IMG/VR virus record: IMGVR_UViG_3300031912_000001
Direction: 5' to 3' (one strand)
DNA: 36,273 nt
Origin: an uncultured virus (IMG/VR IMGVR_UViG_3300031912_000001)
Lineage: Duplodnaviria > Heunggongvirae > Uroviricota > Caudoviricetes
Below the pieces are notes generated by a model. It was not told where the DNA came from and searched no databases. It was given only the letters and a program-made list of their open reading frames with translations. Positions 16,880 through 24,437 of the stretch are shown piece by piece; position 1 is the stretch's first letter, and each line of letters starts with the position of its first letter. The translations under genes and the position numbers were made by a program.

Positions 16880-16961
16880 GGGCGCACAGCGCGGGCATCT
16901 AGCTCGACAGCGCGAGCCTAGCTCGATGCGATGCCCCACCGGCACCGAGAGGAAAAGTTAA

Positions 16962-17432
16962 TTGTCTACTGATATTGAGCGCCCGTGGGTGCCCGATGAG
17001 CTACCCGCTTCCAAGCAGCGCAAATCCATCTTGGACGCGATCGGTGAGGTCTTAGAACCGCTGTTCAACAGCAACACGGACAACGCCCGTATCAAGGCGA
17101 CCTCAACCTGCAAAGAGGACTCCGACGAGGGCACCGTGACCGTCGACAAAGTCCTGTTGGCCAGGCTGATCAAGGTTGCGGCTCCAGAAGGTCTGATGTT
17201 CTGGGATAACAAAACTGACTCTTGGCAGGCATTAGCCAAGACCGACGTGGCCGAGATCAACAGCCACATGGGTTGGGTCCAGAAGCGTTTCGGTATCGAC
17301 CGCCTTTCGATGGCCCTCAAAAAGGCCGAACACCTCGCGCTACAGAACTCGACGCCGGCCGAGCCGGTCGAGGAACCCGGCCCCAACACTCGCCGTCCCG
17401 TCGACGGGGACCCGTTTCCGTCGGACAGCTAG
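16962..17432 (+). CDS. Hypothetical protein (lower GC)
   Basis: TTG start after GAGAGGA. Confidence 0.65.
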   Translation: MSTDIERPWVPDELPASKQRKSILDAIGEVLEPLFNSNTDNARIKATSTCKEDSDEGTVTVDKVLLARLIKVAAPEGLMFWDNKTDSWQALAKTDVAEINSHMGWVQKRFGIDRLSMALKKAEHLALQNSTPAEPVEEPGPNTRRPVDGDPFPSDS

Positions 17433-17443
17433 AGTCGCCAATC

Positions 17444-17476
17444 GGGTGGGCGCGGGCCGATCGCCCGCGCCCACCC
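17444..17476. terminator. 14-bp GC hairpin between genes (terminator or processing site)
   Basis: GGGTGGGCGCGGGC-CGATC-GCCCGCGCCCACCC; no U-tract. Confidence 0.6.
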
Positions 17477-17498
17477 CGGCATCTGTAGAAGGAAAAAT

Positions 17499-18416
17499 AT
17501 GGACATCGACAACATCATTCAGATCGAGAAGCGCATCACCGCCGCCATCGACCGTCAGACCGACGCGGACGCGGCGAGGGCTGAGGCTGTCCGTGATGAG
17601 TTGCGCGCTCGCTGGGAGTCGGGAAAGCAAATGTTGGCCGAGAGAACGAAGCCGAAGGGACGCGGCCGGCCAGGAGTGCCCGCTAAACGGATGGCAGAAC
17701 TAGTTGAGGCTACAAGGAGTGGTAGAGCCGATCTCTCGTACCGGATGCAGTTTGCTGAGCAGTATCCAACCGAAGATGATTTATCCACGGCCCTGGATAA
17801 ATTCACCTCTTGGACGCAGGTGAAAAAGAGTTTGCCAAAGCCGCCTCGATCAGAGCATGGCGCACCCCACAAACCCATTCCACACCCCAAACACGATGAG
17901 GTTGTCGAGCTTCACGAGCAGGGTGCGAAACGTCAAGACATCGCCGATGCGGTCGGGATCAACCCGCGCTCCGTTGACCGTATTGTGCGCGAGGAACGCA
18001 TCGAGGAGACGACCGCCCCCATCGACTGGAACACCGCCCCGGGCACCGCTAAGCAGAAGATCGAATCAGCGACCCGCCGGATACGCAAAGAACTGCAGAA
18101 GGAATTCCGCACCCGGCTACTAGCCGAACTCGACCAACACCGCGCAAAACTCAACGCCGACTACGCCGCCCACAAGGCCGCCTACGACGCGCAGAACGCG
18201 AAGATCAACGCGCTGCGCGACGAGGAACGCCGCCGCTACCAGCTCGGCATCGAAGTCGACCGCGCGAAAGGATTGATCGCGCTGGCTGATTACAAGCTGA
18301 TGTTGTCATGCCTGCATCCCGACAGCCGCGCGTCGGCATCCGACGAGAAGCTGGCGAAAGCGTTTCGGCTGTTCAACGACGAGCGGATCAAGACCTTGCT
18401 TGTCAAAGAAATCTAA
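17499..18416 (+). CDS. Multidomain HTH protein with coiled coil and C-terminal HPD (J-domain-like) segment
   Basis: GAAGGA RBS; GAKRQDIADAVGINPRSVDRIVR HTH; YKLMLSCLHPD...AKAFRLFN. Confidence 0.7.
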   Translation: MDIDNIIQIEKRITAAIDRQTDADAARAEAVRDELRARWESGKQMLAERTKPKGRGRPGVPAKRMAELVEATRSGRADLSYRMQFAEQYPTEDDLSTALDKFTSWTQVKKSLPKPPRSEHGAPHKPIPHPKHDEVVELHEQGAKRQDIADAVGINPRSVDRIVREERIEETTAPIDWNTAPGTAKQKIESATRRIRKELQKEFRTRLLAELDQHRAKLNADYAAHKAAYDAQNAKINALRDEERRRYQLGIEVDRAKGLIALADYKLMLSCLHPDSRASASDEKLAKAFRLFNDERIKTLLVKEI

Positions 18417-18430
18417 GAAAGGGAATCACC

Positions 18431-18742
18431 ATGTCCGATAGGCCCCCCGACGACTCCCCCGACAACGACAAACCCTCCGACGACTCCCCAAACAACTCGT
18501 TGACCGACGAAATTCAGGAGGTGGTGCGAGAGCTCTACAACACCGACACATCATTCAGCGCGTTAATAGCTGGCCCCACCCCCGAGGGTGCCGTCACCCT
18601 CGGGCTGATCGCGGCGGCGCATCTGATCCGCAAGGCCGCACCCAAGGAGTCGTGCCTCGCCGTGGCGGACTTGCCGCAGGTCTACCGAGCACTGCGGATT
18701 GTCCTGCGCCGTTACGGCCTGCCGCCGGGCAAGTCGGCGTGA
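18431..18742 (+). CDS. Hypothetical protein
   Basis: AGAAAGGG RBS before ATG 18431. Confidence 0.7.
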   Translation: MSDRPPDDSPDNDKPSDDSPNNSLTDEIQEVVRELYNTDTSFSALIAGPTPEGAVTLGLIAAAHLIRKAAPKESCLAVADLPQVYRALRIVLRRYGLPPGKSA

Positions 18743-18743
18743 G

Positions 18744-18920
18744 TCATCGCCCGCCGATCGCGTAGCTGCCGGCACGTTCCCCGCAATACGGGCTGCAGTA
18801 AATCCCCGATGTATACACCTCGTCACCGTTATCAAGCTCCGCGGTGAAACACCAGATGATCGTCGCCCGCGAAAGCGGGTTGTGGGTGCCGCAATAGTCG
18901 CAGCGGAAGACGTCCGCCAT
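18744..18920 (-). CDS. 58-aa Zn-finger protein MADVFRCDYCG...YCSPYCGER (TRASH/FCS-like; not in ORF track)
   Basis: Fills the gap exactly; preceded on the - strand by TAGCAT and CCCACGAGAACAGGA. Confidence 0.7.
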   Translation of the reverse strand: MADVFRCDYCGTHNPLSRATIIWCFTAELDNGDEVYTSGIYCSPYCGERAGSYAIGGR

Positions 18921-18999
18921 GTTGGGTTCCTGTTCTCGTGGGAGCTTCCATGCTACGACGCGCGATCCTGTCGGGTCCCTGGTTTACCGTTACCACATG
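18915..18999. repeat. Copy 1 of an ~80-bp divergent promoter/RBS cassette
   Basis: Shares CGCCATGTT, TTCTCGTGGG.GCTTCCATGCTACG, CCTGTCGG and TTTACCGTTACC..CATGAC blocks with 20508-20586. Confidence 0.85.
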
Positions 19000-19026
19000 A
19001 CTGTTACCCACGAGCGGAGGAGGGTC

Positions 19027-19422
19027 ATGAGAGGCAAGTACGCCGCACGCGCCGCCAACCGGGAGGTGGCCCGTGACAATGAGCTCATCACCGAAAAGAT
19101 GCGCCAGATAGACGAGCTGAACGCGACGATCGAGACGCTGAAGGCCGAGCTGGCCCATGAGCGCGCCGAGCGCAGCAATCTGGTGGTCCGGCGCACCAAG
19201 GAGATGATCGCCCGCGAGGTCGCGATCCCGCTCGCCGAGATCGAAGAACTCAAACGCCACCACAAGGCACAGATGCGCAAGGTCGCCGACCTGCTCGGCA
19301 GCACATTCAAGAGGCGCTCCGGTGCGCCGCGCAATTACTTCACCGAGATCGTGCCGCTGCTGATCCCCGAACCCAAGGAACAGTCCGAATACATCGACAG
19401 GTGGCTCAACGACAATGAGTAA
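19027..19422 (+). CDS. Coiled-coil hypothetical protein (alternative in-frame start 18997)
   Basis: GGAGGAGG RBS. Confidence 0.75.
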   Translation: MRGKYAARAANREVARDNELITEKMRQIDELNATIETLKAELAHERAERSNLVVRRTKEMIAREVAIPLAEIEELKRHHKAQMRKVADLLGSTFKRRSGAPRNYFTEIVPLLIPEPKEQSEYIDRWLNDNE

Positions 19423-19732
19423 AGGCGGGAAGAGACGCAACAAGCTTCAGTTCGGTGGCCGGCTGCATGTCGGGTCGCGGGTGATCCCGTGCTACTGGGA
19501 TCGCGTGTCGCAGGCGATGAGATATCCCGGGGCGTTCGGGTTACGCGCCGCCCAGAACCGAAACGCGCGCCGCCACGGTGCCCGCGCCATCAAACGCAAC
19601 CAGGCCGACCGCGCCGCGGCCGACAACTACATCGACAGGCTGATCGAACTCGAACGCCAGGTCGAATCCGAAGGCACCGGCGAACGGGTCGGCGACAAGT
19701 TCCGAATCTTCGACAAGGACGCCGATGAGTAA
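19415..19732 (+). CDS. Basic hypothetical protein
   Basis: Overlapping coupled ORF. Confidence 0.65.
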   Translation: MSKGGKRRNKLQFGGRLHVGSRVIPCYWDRVSQAMRYPGAFGLRAAQNRNARRHGARAIKRNQADRAAADNYIDRLIELERQVESEGTGERVGDKFRIFDKDADE

Positions 19733-20468
19733 GAAGCCTAAGCAGTCTCGTCACCGCATCCCGGCCTGCGCGCTGGGGTTGAAGTCCGACCCGATCGACG
19801 AGCGTTACCAGATGGAAGTCGACATGTCGACGCACCGGCTCGAGCGCGCCTACGCCAAGGCGCAGAAGGCTCTGGCCGCGGCCGAGGCTAGAGCCGAACG
19901 GGCGCGCCAGGCGATGCTGGACGCCGAGGCCCGCCGGCGGCTGCGTGAGGCGGATCTGCTCGCCGAACAGGCGCGCCAGCAGCAGACCGCGCAACACGCA
20001 CGTGAAGACCTGGAGCGCGTGAAGGAGGCCGCCAAGCGTCAGCGCCTGGCGATCGCGCGCCAGCGTCAGCTCACCGAATGGGAGCGGGTGCGCCGCGCGC
20101 AGCAGGCCAGAGAACGGGCGCGTCAGGCCGAGCTGGACCGGGCCCGCCGCCAGGCCGTGGAGGAGGCGCGCCGGCGCTCACAGGAGTACGACCGGCTGCT
20201 GCTCCTGGTCGAGGACCGCCGCCGCGAGCTTCGCGAGATCGAGAAGCTGATGATGCCCGAAGGTTACGGGCGTGATTCCAGGCTGCGGGTCGCGCGCCAC
20301 GAGTCCGGGGCCATCACAATCCCGTTGGGTGCCACCACCGGCGAGCCGCTGAAGAAAGAATCCATCCCCGTTTTCCCGGTGACCGTCAAGCACATGCCCG
20401 ACACCGAGCCGACCTATGACACCGACTTCTCCGACATCTACGACGAGGTCTACGACTATGAGACCTAG
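19725..20468 (+). CDS. Long coiled-coil protein
   Basis: AAGGA RBS; R/E/A/Q-rich helix. Confidence 0.7.
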   Translation: MSKKPKQSRHRIPACALGLKSDPIDERYQMEVDMSTHRLERAYAKAQKALAAAEARAERARQAMLDAEARRRLREADLLAEQARQQQTAQHAREDLERVKEAAKRQRLAIARQRQLTEWERVRRAQQARERARQAELDRARRQAVEEARRRSQEYDRLLLLVEDRRRELREIEKLMMPEGYGRDSRLRVARHESGAITIPLGATTGEPLKKESIPVFPVTVKHMPDTEPTYDTDFSDIYDEVYDYET

Positions 20469-20507
20469 ATTAACCATCAGCACCGCTTGACAAGCGGTAA
20501 CGGCAAA

Positions 20508-20586
20508 CGCCATGTTCGGTTTCTCGTGGGGGCTTCCATGCTACGCGGACGACCTGTCGGACCCATGTTTTACCGTTACCGTCATG
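20508..20586. repeat. Copy 2 of the ~80-bp divergent cassette
   Basis: See 18915-18999; flanked by inverted GGTAACGGCAAA / TTTACCGTTACC. Confidence 0.85.
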
Positions 20587-22506
20587 ACCACCGACACCCA
20601 CCAGACCACCCGCCCCTACGAAACCATCGACGTCCCCGAAGCCGGCCAGGACGACGCCCATTTCTTCAGTGTCACAACGATTCTGAAAGCCCTGTCCAGC
20701 CCGGCGCTGGAATACTGGGCGATCAAACGATGCGCCCAAGACGCTATCGACCGCCAGGCCACCTGGAACGCGATGCTGTCCGAAGAGGGCCCCGCCGAGA
20801 CGATCAAATGGCTGTGCAAAGCCCGCTACCGCAGCCCCAAACTCGAGCTCGCCAGCGAGAAACTGGGCACCGTCGTACACAAGGCATGCGAATACTATGC
20901 GCTGTCCGGGGAGAAACCCGACCGCGAATGGGTCGCCGACCTGGTCCGCGCTCACGGCGCCCCCACCATCGAGCTGGACTCCGAGGTCAACGTCGTCGGA
21001 CGGATGCTCAACCAGTTCGACGGCTGGCTGCAACGCTTCACCCCGGAGTACACGGCGGCCGAGATGCCGGTGTTCAACGAACGGTTCGGCTACGCGGGCA
21101 GCCTCGACGCGATTCTGACGATCGGCGGGGTGCGGCTGTTGACCGATTACAAAGGGTTAGATCTAACCACGCCACTGGCAACACCCGACGGTTGGACCAC
21201 AATGGGTGCGGTTCGGATCGGTGACCAGGTGTTCGGCATCGACGGCACGCCGGTGGTCGTCATCGCCAAATCTGACGTGCATCTCAACCGCTGCTACCGG
21301 GTCACGTTCGATGACACCACGTCGATCATCTGCGACGACGAACACCTGTGGCAGATCCGGTCGGGGTATCCGAACCATCCGGCACGCGCCGGTGCGGTAT
21401 TGCGGACCGATCAATTGGCCAACGAAGTCCGCAGCCGAGTAACCGGCCAGCATCATTGGCAGATCGTGATGCCTGAGCCGCTACAGCTACCGATGCAGAT
21501 GCTGCCTATCGATCCGTATGTCTATGGATGCTGGCTGGGTGACGGCTACCGCAACGGCGGAACCATCACGGGTATCGATAATGAGCTGTTCGACCTTATT
21601 CAGGCACGGGGTTATCACGTCGGCGAACCGCATGGCACCGATCCACACAAGACTGCGACCCGCAACGTGTTCGGATTACGCCGGCAGCTGCGCGCCGCCG
21701 GACTGCTAGGGCATCGGGAGATCCCGCAGATTTACCTCCGTGGCTCGATCGAACAGCGAATCGATCTGCTGCATGGATTGATGGATACCGACGGCTCATG
21801 GAATGCCACTCGAAACCAGGCGGTGCTGAGCACGGTTAATAAAGCGACGATGACCACTGTGTACGAGCTGGTCGTCAGTCTCGGTGAGCGGCCTTTGATT
21901 AACACCGTGCAGGGGCATGGGTTTGGCAAGGATCTCACCGTCTATCAGTTGACGTGGCATCCACGCCTGCATAATCCGTTCGCGTTGTCTCGTAAAGCCG
22001 ATCGGGTGCATCTTTCAAGAGGACGCGTATGGCGGCGGATGATCGTCGATATCGAACCCACCCTGACCGTACCCACACAATGCATCACGGTGGACGCCGA
22101 AGACGGCTGCTATCTCGCTGGCACGCAGATGATCCCTACGCACAACACGCGCCGCGAACCGCTGACCGCGAGGGGTGAGGTTCAAACACCGTATGGGGAA
22201 ACAGCTTTACAGCTCGCCGCGTATCGGCACGCTGAGCTCGCCGCCTACTTCCGGGCGCGGCGCGCCGAGAAGTATCAGCGTCGCTATTACTTACTCAGCC
22301 CCGACGAAAAGGGGATGGCCGCCAAGATGCCCGGGGTGGACGGCGGGTTGTGCATCATTCTGACGCCGCAGTCCTGCGAGGCATACCCGATCCGCTGCGA
22401 TCAGGAGGTGTTCGATTTCTTCTTGTACTGCTACGAGAGCTGGCGGTGGCTCGAGGATGTCAGCAAGCGCGTCATCGGCGACGCCCTGATCGCACCCTGC
22501 GAATAA
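20584..22506 (+). CDS. PD-(D/E)XK (Cas4/RecB-like) exonuclease interrupted by an intein
   Basis: SVTTIL, GTVVH, E...YAGSLD...DYK|T...LQLAAY motifs; start probably ATG 20584 (20512 possible). Confidence 0.9.
   Translation: MTTDTHQTTRPYETIDVPEAGQDDAHFFSVTTILKALSSPALEYWAIKRCAQDAIDRQATWNAMLSEEGPAETIKWLCKARYRSPKLELASEKLGTVVHKACEYYALSGEKPDREWVADLVRAHGAPTIELDSEVNVVGRMLNQFDGWLQRFTPEYTAAEMPVFNERFGYAGSLDAILTIGGVRLLTDYKGLDLTTPLATPDGWTTMGAVRIGDQVFGIDGTPVVVIAKSDVHLNRCYRVTFDDTTSIICDDEHLWQIRSGYPNHPARAGAVLRTDQLANEVRSRVTGQHHWQIVMPEPLQLPMQMLPIDPYVYGCWLGDGYRNGGTITGIDNELFDLIQARGYHVGEPHGTDPHKTATRNVFGLRRQLRAAGLLGHREIPQIYLRGSIEQRIDLLHGLMDTDGSWNATRNQAVLSTVNKATMTTVYELVVSLGERPLINTVQGHGFGKDLTVYQLTWHPRLHNPFALSRKADRVHLSRGRVWRRMIVDIEPTLTVPTQCITVDAEDGCYLAGTQMIPTHNTRREPLTARGEVQTPYGETALQLAAYRHAELAAYFRARRAEKYQRRYYLLSPDEKGMAAKMPGVDGGLCIILTPQSCEAYPIRCDQEVFDFFLYCYESWRWLEDVSKRVIGDALIAPCE
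21154..22146 (+). mobile_element. Class 3 intein with LAGLIDADG homing endonuclease (331 aa)
   Basis: Block A GLDLTTPLATPDGWTTMG, block B EHLW, LAGLIDADG-like GCWLGDG and GLMDTDG, block F TQCITV, block G PTHN followed by T(+1). Confidence 0.93.
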
Positions 22507-22528
22507 CCCCACGAGAAAGGAATCCATC

Positions 22529-23938
22529 ATGCCCATCATCGATGATCAACGCCGCCTGGCCGAGGTCGGGCGTATCCGGCTGGGACGCCAGTTGCAGACC
22601 CGCAGCGGCAAGAAGTATCCCGCCGCGCTGGACGCGTTCCGGTTGACCAGCCGCGACCGCAGCCGCATCGAAGACGCCGCGAAGCTTTACGGCGGCACCA
22701 TGACCAAGTGGGATGAAAGCCCGTCGGGCATACCGGAATGGGAGGTCTACACCGAAGCCGACCGGCTGCCGGTGATCGTGCCGCCGTCGGCGATGGCGTT
22801 CTCCCAGAACTATGAGCTGTGGTCGGGTGGGGGATGTCAACGCCGCTGCGACGGTGTCACCGAGTACATCAGCGAGCAGCCCTGCCTGTGCGACCCGGAG
22901 AACCGCCAATGTGAGCCGCACACCCGGCTGAGCGTGATGCTGCGCGATCTCAAGGGGCTCGGGGTGTGGCGGGTGGATACGACGGGGTATTACGCGAAGC
23001 TCGAGCTCAAGGGCCAGGTTGAGACGATCGAGTTTTTCGCCGGCCGCGGCATGATGCTGCCCGCGATCCTGCGGCTGGATCAGCGCAGCATCAAACGCCC
23101 CAACGAGCCTTTGAAGCGGTTTGTGGTGCCGGTGTTGGATGTGGACGTCACGCCCGGGGAACTGTTGATGGGCACCGTGGCGGTGGCGCCCGAGGTTGGT
23201 ATCACGTTGACGCAGCCGGCGTTGACTCCGGTGCCTGACAATGGGATACGCCCGAAGAGTATCGCTGATCAGGTCAAGGCGTCCGAGGCGATCCCGTCGC
23301 GCCGGCGTGCCACGCCGATTCCGGCGACGGGGATCGCGCCGCGCACCGCCGCCCAGGCCCACCAGCAGCCACCGCACGGACGCGCGATCGAGGATGCTGT
23401 CGAGGAGGATCGCGAGCAGCGCGGCGATCCCGCCGACGGCGCCGGCTTCGACGAGACACGAGCCTACGACGACGCGGTCGACGCGGCCCGCGAAGCGCAG
23501 AAGCAGGCCGCCGCCACCCAGGACCCGCCGCGGATGTCGACGCGTAACCAGTTGACGAAGCTGAACATCCTGCTCAACGAGATGGATTTCAAAAACACCA
23601 AGGAAGGCAAGCGGGAGAAGCTGGACTGGTGCATGGCCGCGGTCCGCACCTACGCGCCGTCGCCGTGGGCGGACCGGACGATCGACTCGAGCGCGGAGCT
23701 GACGTTCCATGAAGCCGCCACCCTGATCGAAGTCCTTGAGTCCGACAAGGATTCAGGTAACACCCAGGAGCAGAAATCTAGCGACGCTGAACCTGACGGC
23801 CAGCAAACAAACCAGGAGGAACACGACGATCCCGGCGCCGCCCAACTCATCGCGGGACTGGACCCCGAACCGGACGACTCCGATGGCGATGCTCATCTGA
23901 GCCGTGAACCCGGACCCGGCCAAATGAACCTCATATAA
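22529..23938 (+). CDS. Gp3-like / recombination-directionality-factor-like protein with long acidic C-terminal extension
   Basis: GRIRLG...FRLTS...LYGG...YELW..GG..RRCDG...CLC...C.P.TRLSV.L...GVWR motifs; follows the exonuclease. Confidence 0.7.
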   Translation: MPIIDDQRRLAEVGRIRLGRQLQTRSGKKYPAALDAFRLTSRDRSRIEDAAKLYGGTMTKWDESPSGIPEWEVYTEADRLPVIVPPSAMAFSQNYELWSGGGCQRRCDGVTEYISEQPCLCDPENRQCEPHTRLSVMLRDLKGLGVWRVDTTGYYAKLELKGQVETIEFFAGRGMMLPAILRLDQRSIKRPNEPLKRFVVPVLDVDVTPGELLMGTVAVAPEVGITLTQPALTPVPDNGIRPKSIADQVKASEAIPSRRRATPIPATGIAPRTAAQAHQQPPHGRAIEDAVEEDREQRGDPADGAGFDETRAYDDAVDAAREAQKQAAATQDPPRMSTRNQLTKLNILLNEMDFKNTKEGKREKLDWCMAAVRTYAPSPWADRTIDSSAELTFHEAATLIEVLESDKDSGNTQEQKSSDAEPDGQQTNQEEHDDPGAAQLIAGLDPEPDDSDGDAHLSREPGPGQMNLI

Positions 23939-24092
23939 CGTGACTGTTGCTGTCCTGTAATGCATTAGCGCACCGACAGTCCCAGATGTTGCGTCATGCT
24001 GTGAGATTCGTTCAACCCCGTGACACCATCACGTAACGCGGAGTATGGTTCGCCGCAGCGCCGATCCGATCGAATCGGAGCCCCGCTCGAAA

Positions 24093-24329
24093 ATGCTGAA
24101 GCCAGGGATGGGGAGGATGACAGCGGCGCGAATACCACCAGCATCACCCCCGCGGGATATCCCTGCCCGCGCCGCCGCCGCCTCCGCGATCCGCGCGATC
24201 AGCCCCGACCCGAACCGGATCATGATCCTCTACTGGACGTCGTATCAGCTCGGGAGACTTTTTGCTGCGGTGGACCGTCGGGTCACCGCGCACATCCAGG
24301 CGTTACTGGGGGTCACGGCCGAACGATGA
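24093..24329 (+). CDS. Hypothetical protein
   Basis: ORF between intergenic gaps, followed by a hairpin; start uncertain. Confidence 0.45.
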   Translation: MLKPGMGRMTAARIPPASPPRDIPARAAAASAIRAISPDPNRIMILYWTSYQLGRLFAAVDRRVTAHIQALLGVTAER

Positions 24330-24333
24330 AGTG

Positions 24334-24367
24334 ATGCAGCCCCGGTGCGCGACTACCGGGGCTGCAT
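24334..24367. terminator. 13-bp hairpin upstream of the replication gene
   Basis: ATGCAGCCCCGGT...ACCGGGGCTGCAT. Confidence 0.65.
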
Positions 24368-24437
24368 TCGGATACCAGCGAGAGACAGGATACCAGCAAA
24401 TGTCTTCGGCAGACAGTCGTCAGGATGACGTCTCGTA

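Noticed and set aside
20178..20513. - strand ORF starting from cassette copy 2
   Set aside because: Mostly antisense to a well-supported gene and the translation looks like a shadow frame; kept only as a possible antisense transcript
22472..23710. 412-aa - strand ORF and other long antisense ORFs (509-1120, 11817-12680, 32256-33221, 35041-36042)
   Set aside because: Shadow frames of GC-rich genes on the opposite strand, with no RBS or recognisable motifs
23939..24437. tRNA or structured ncRNA in the intergenic gaps around 24093-24329
   Set aside because: No cloverleaf or T-loop consensus seen; only one hairpin and a short GATACCAGC direct repeat
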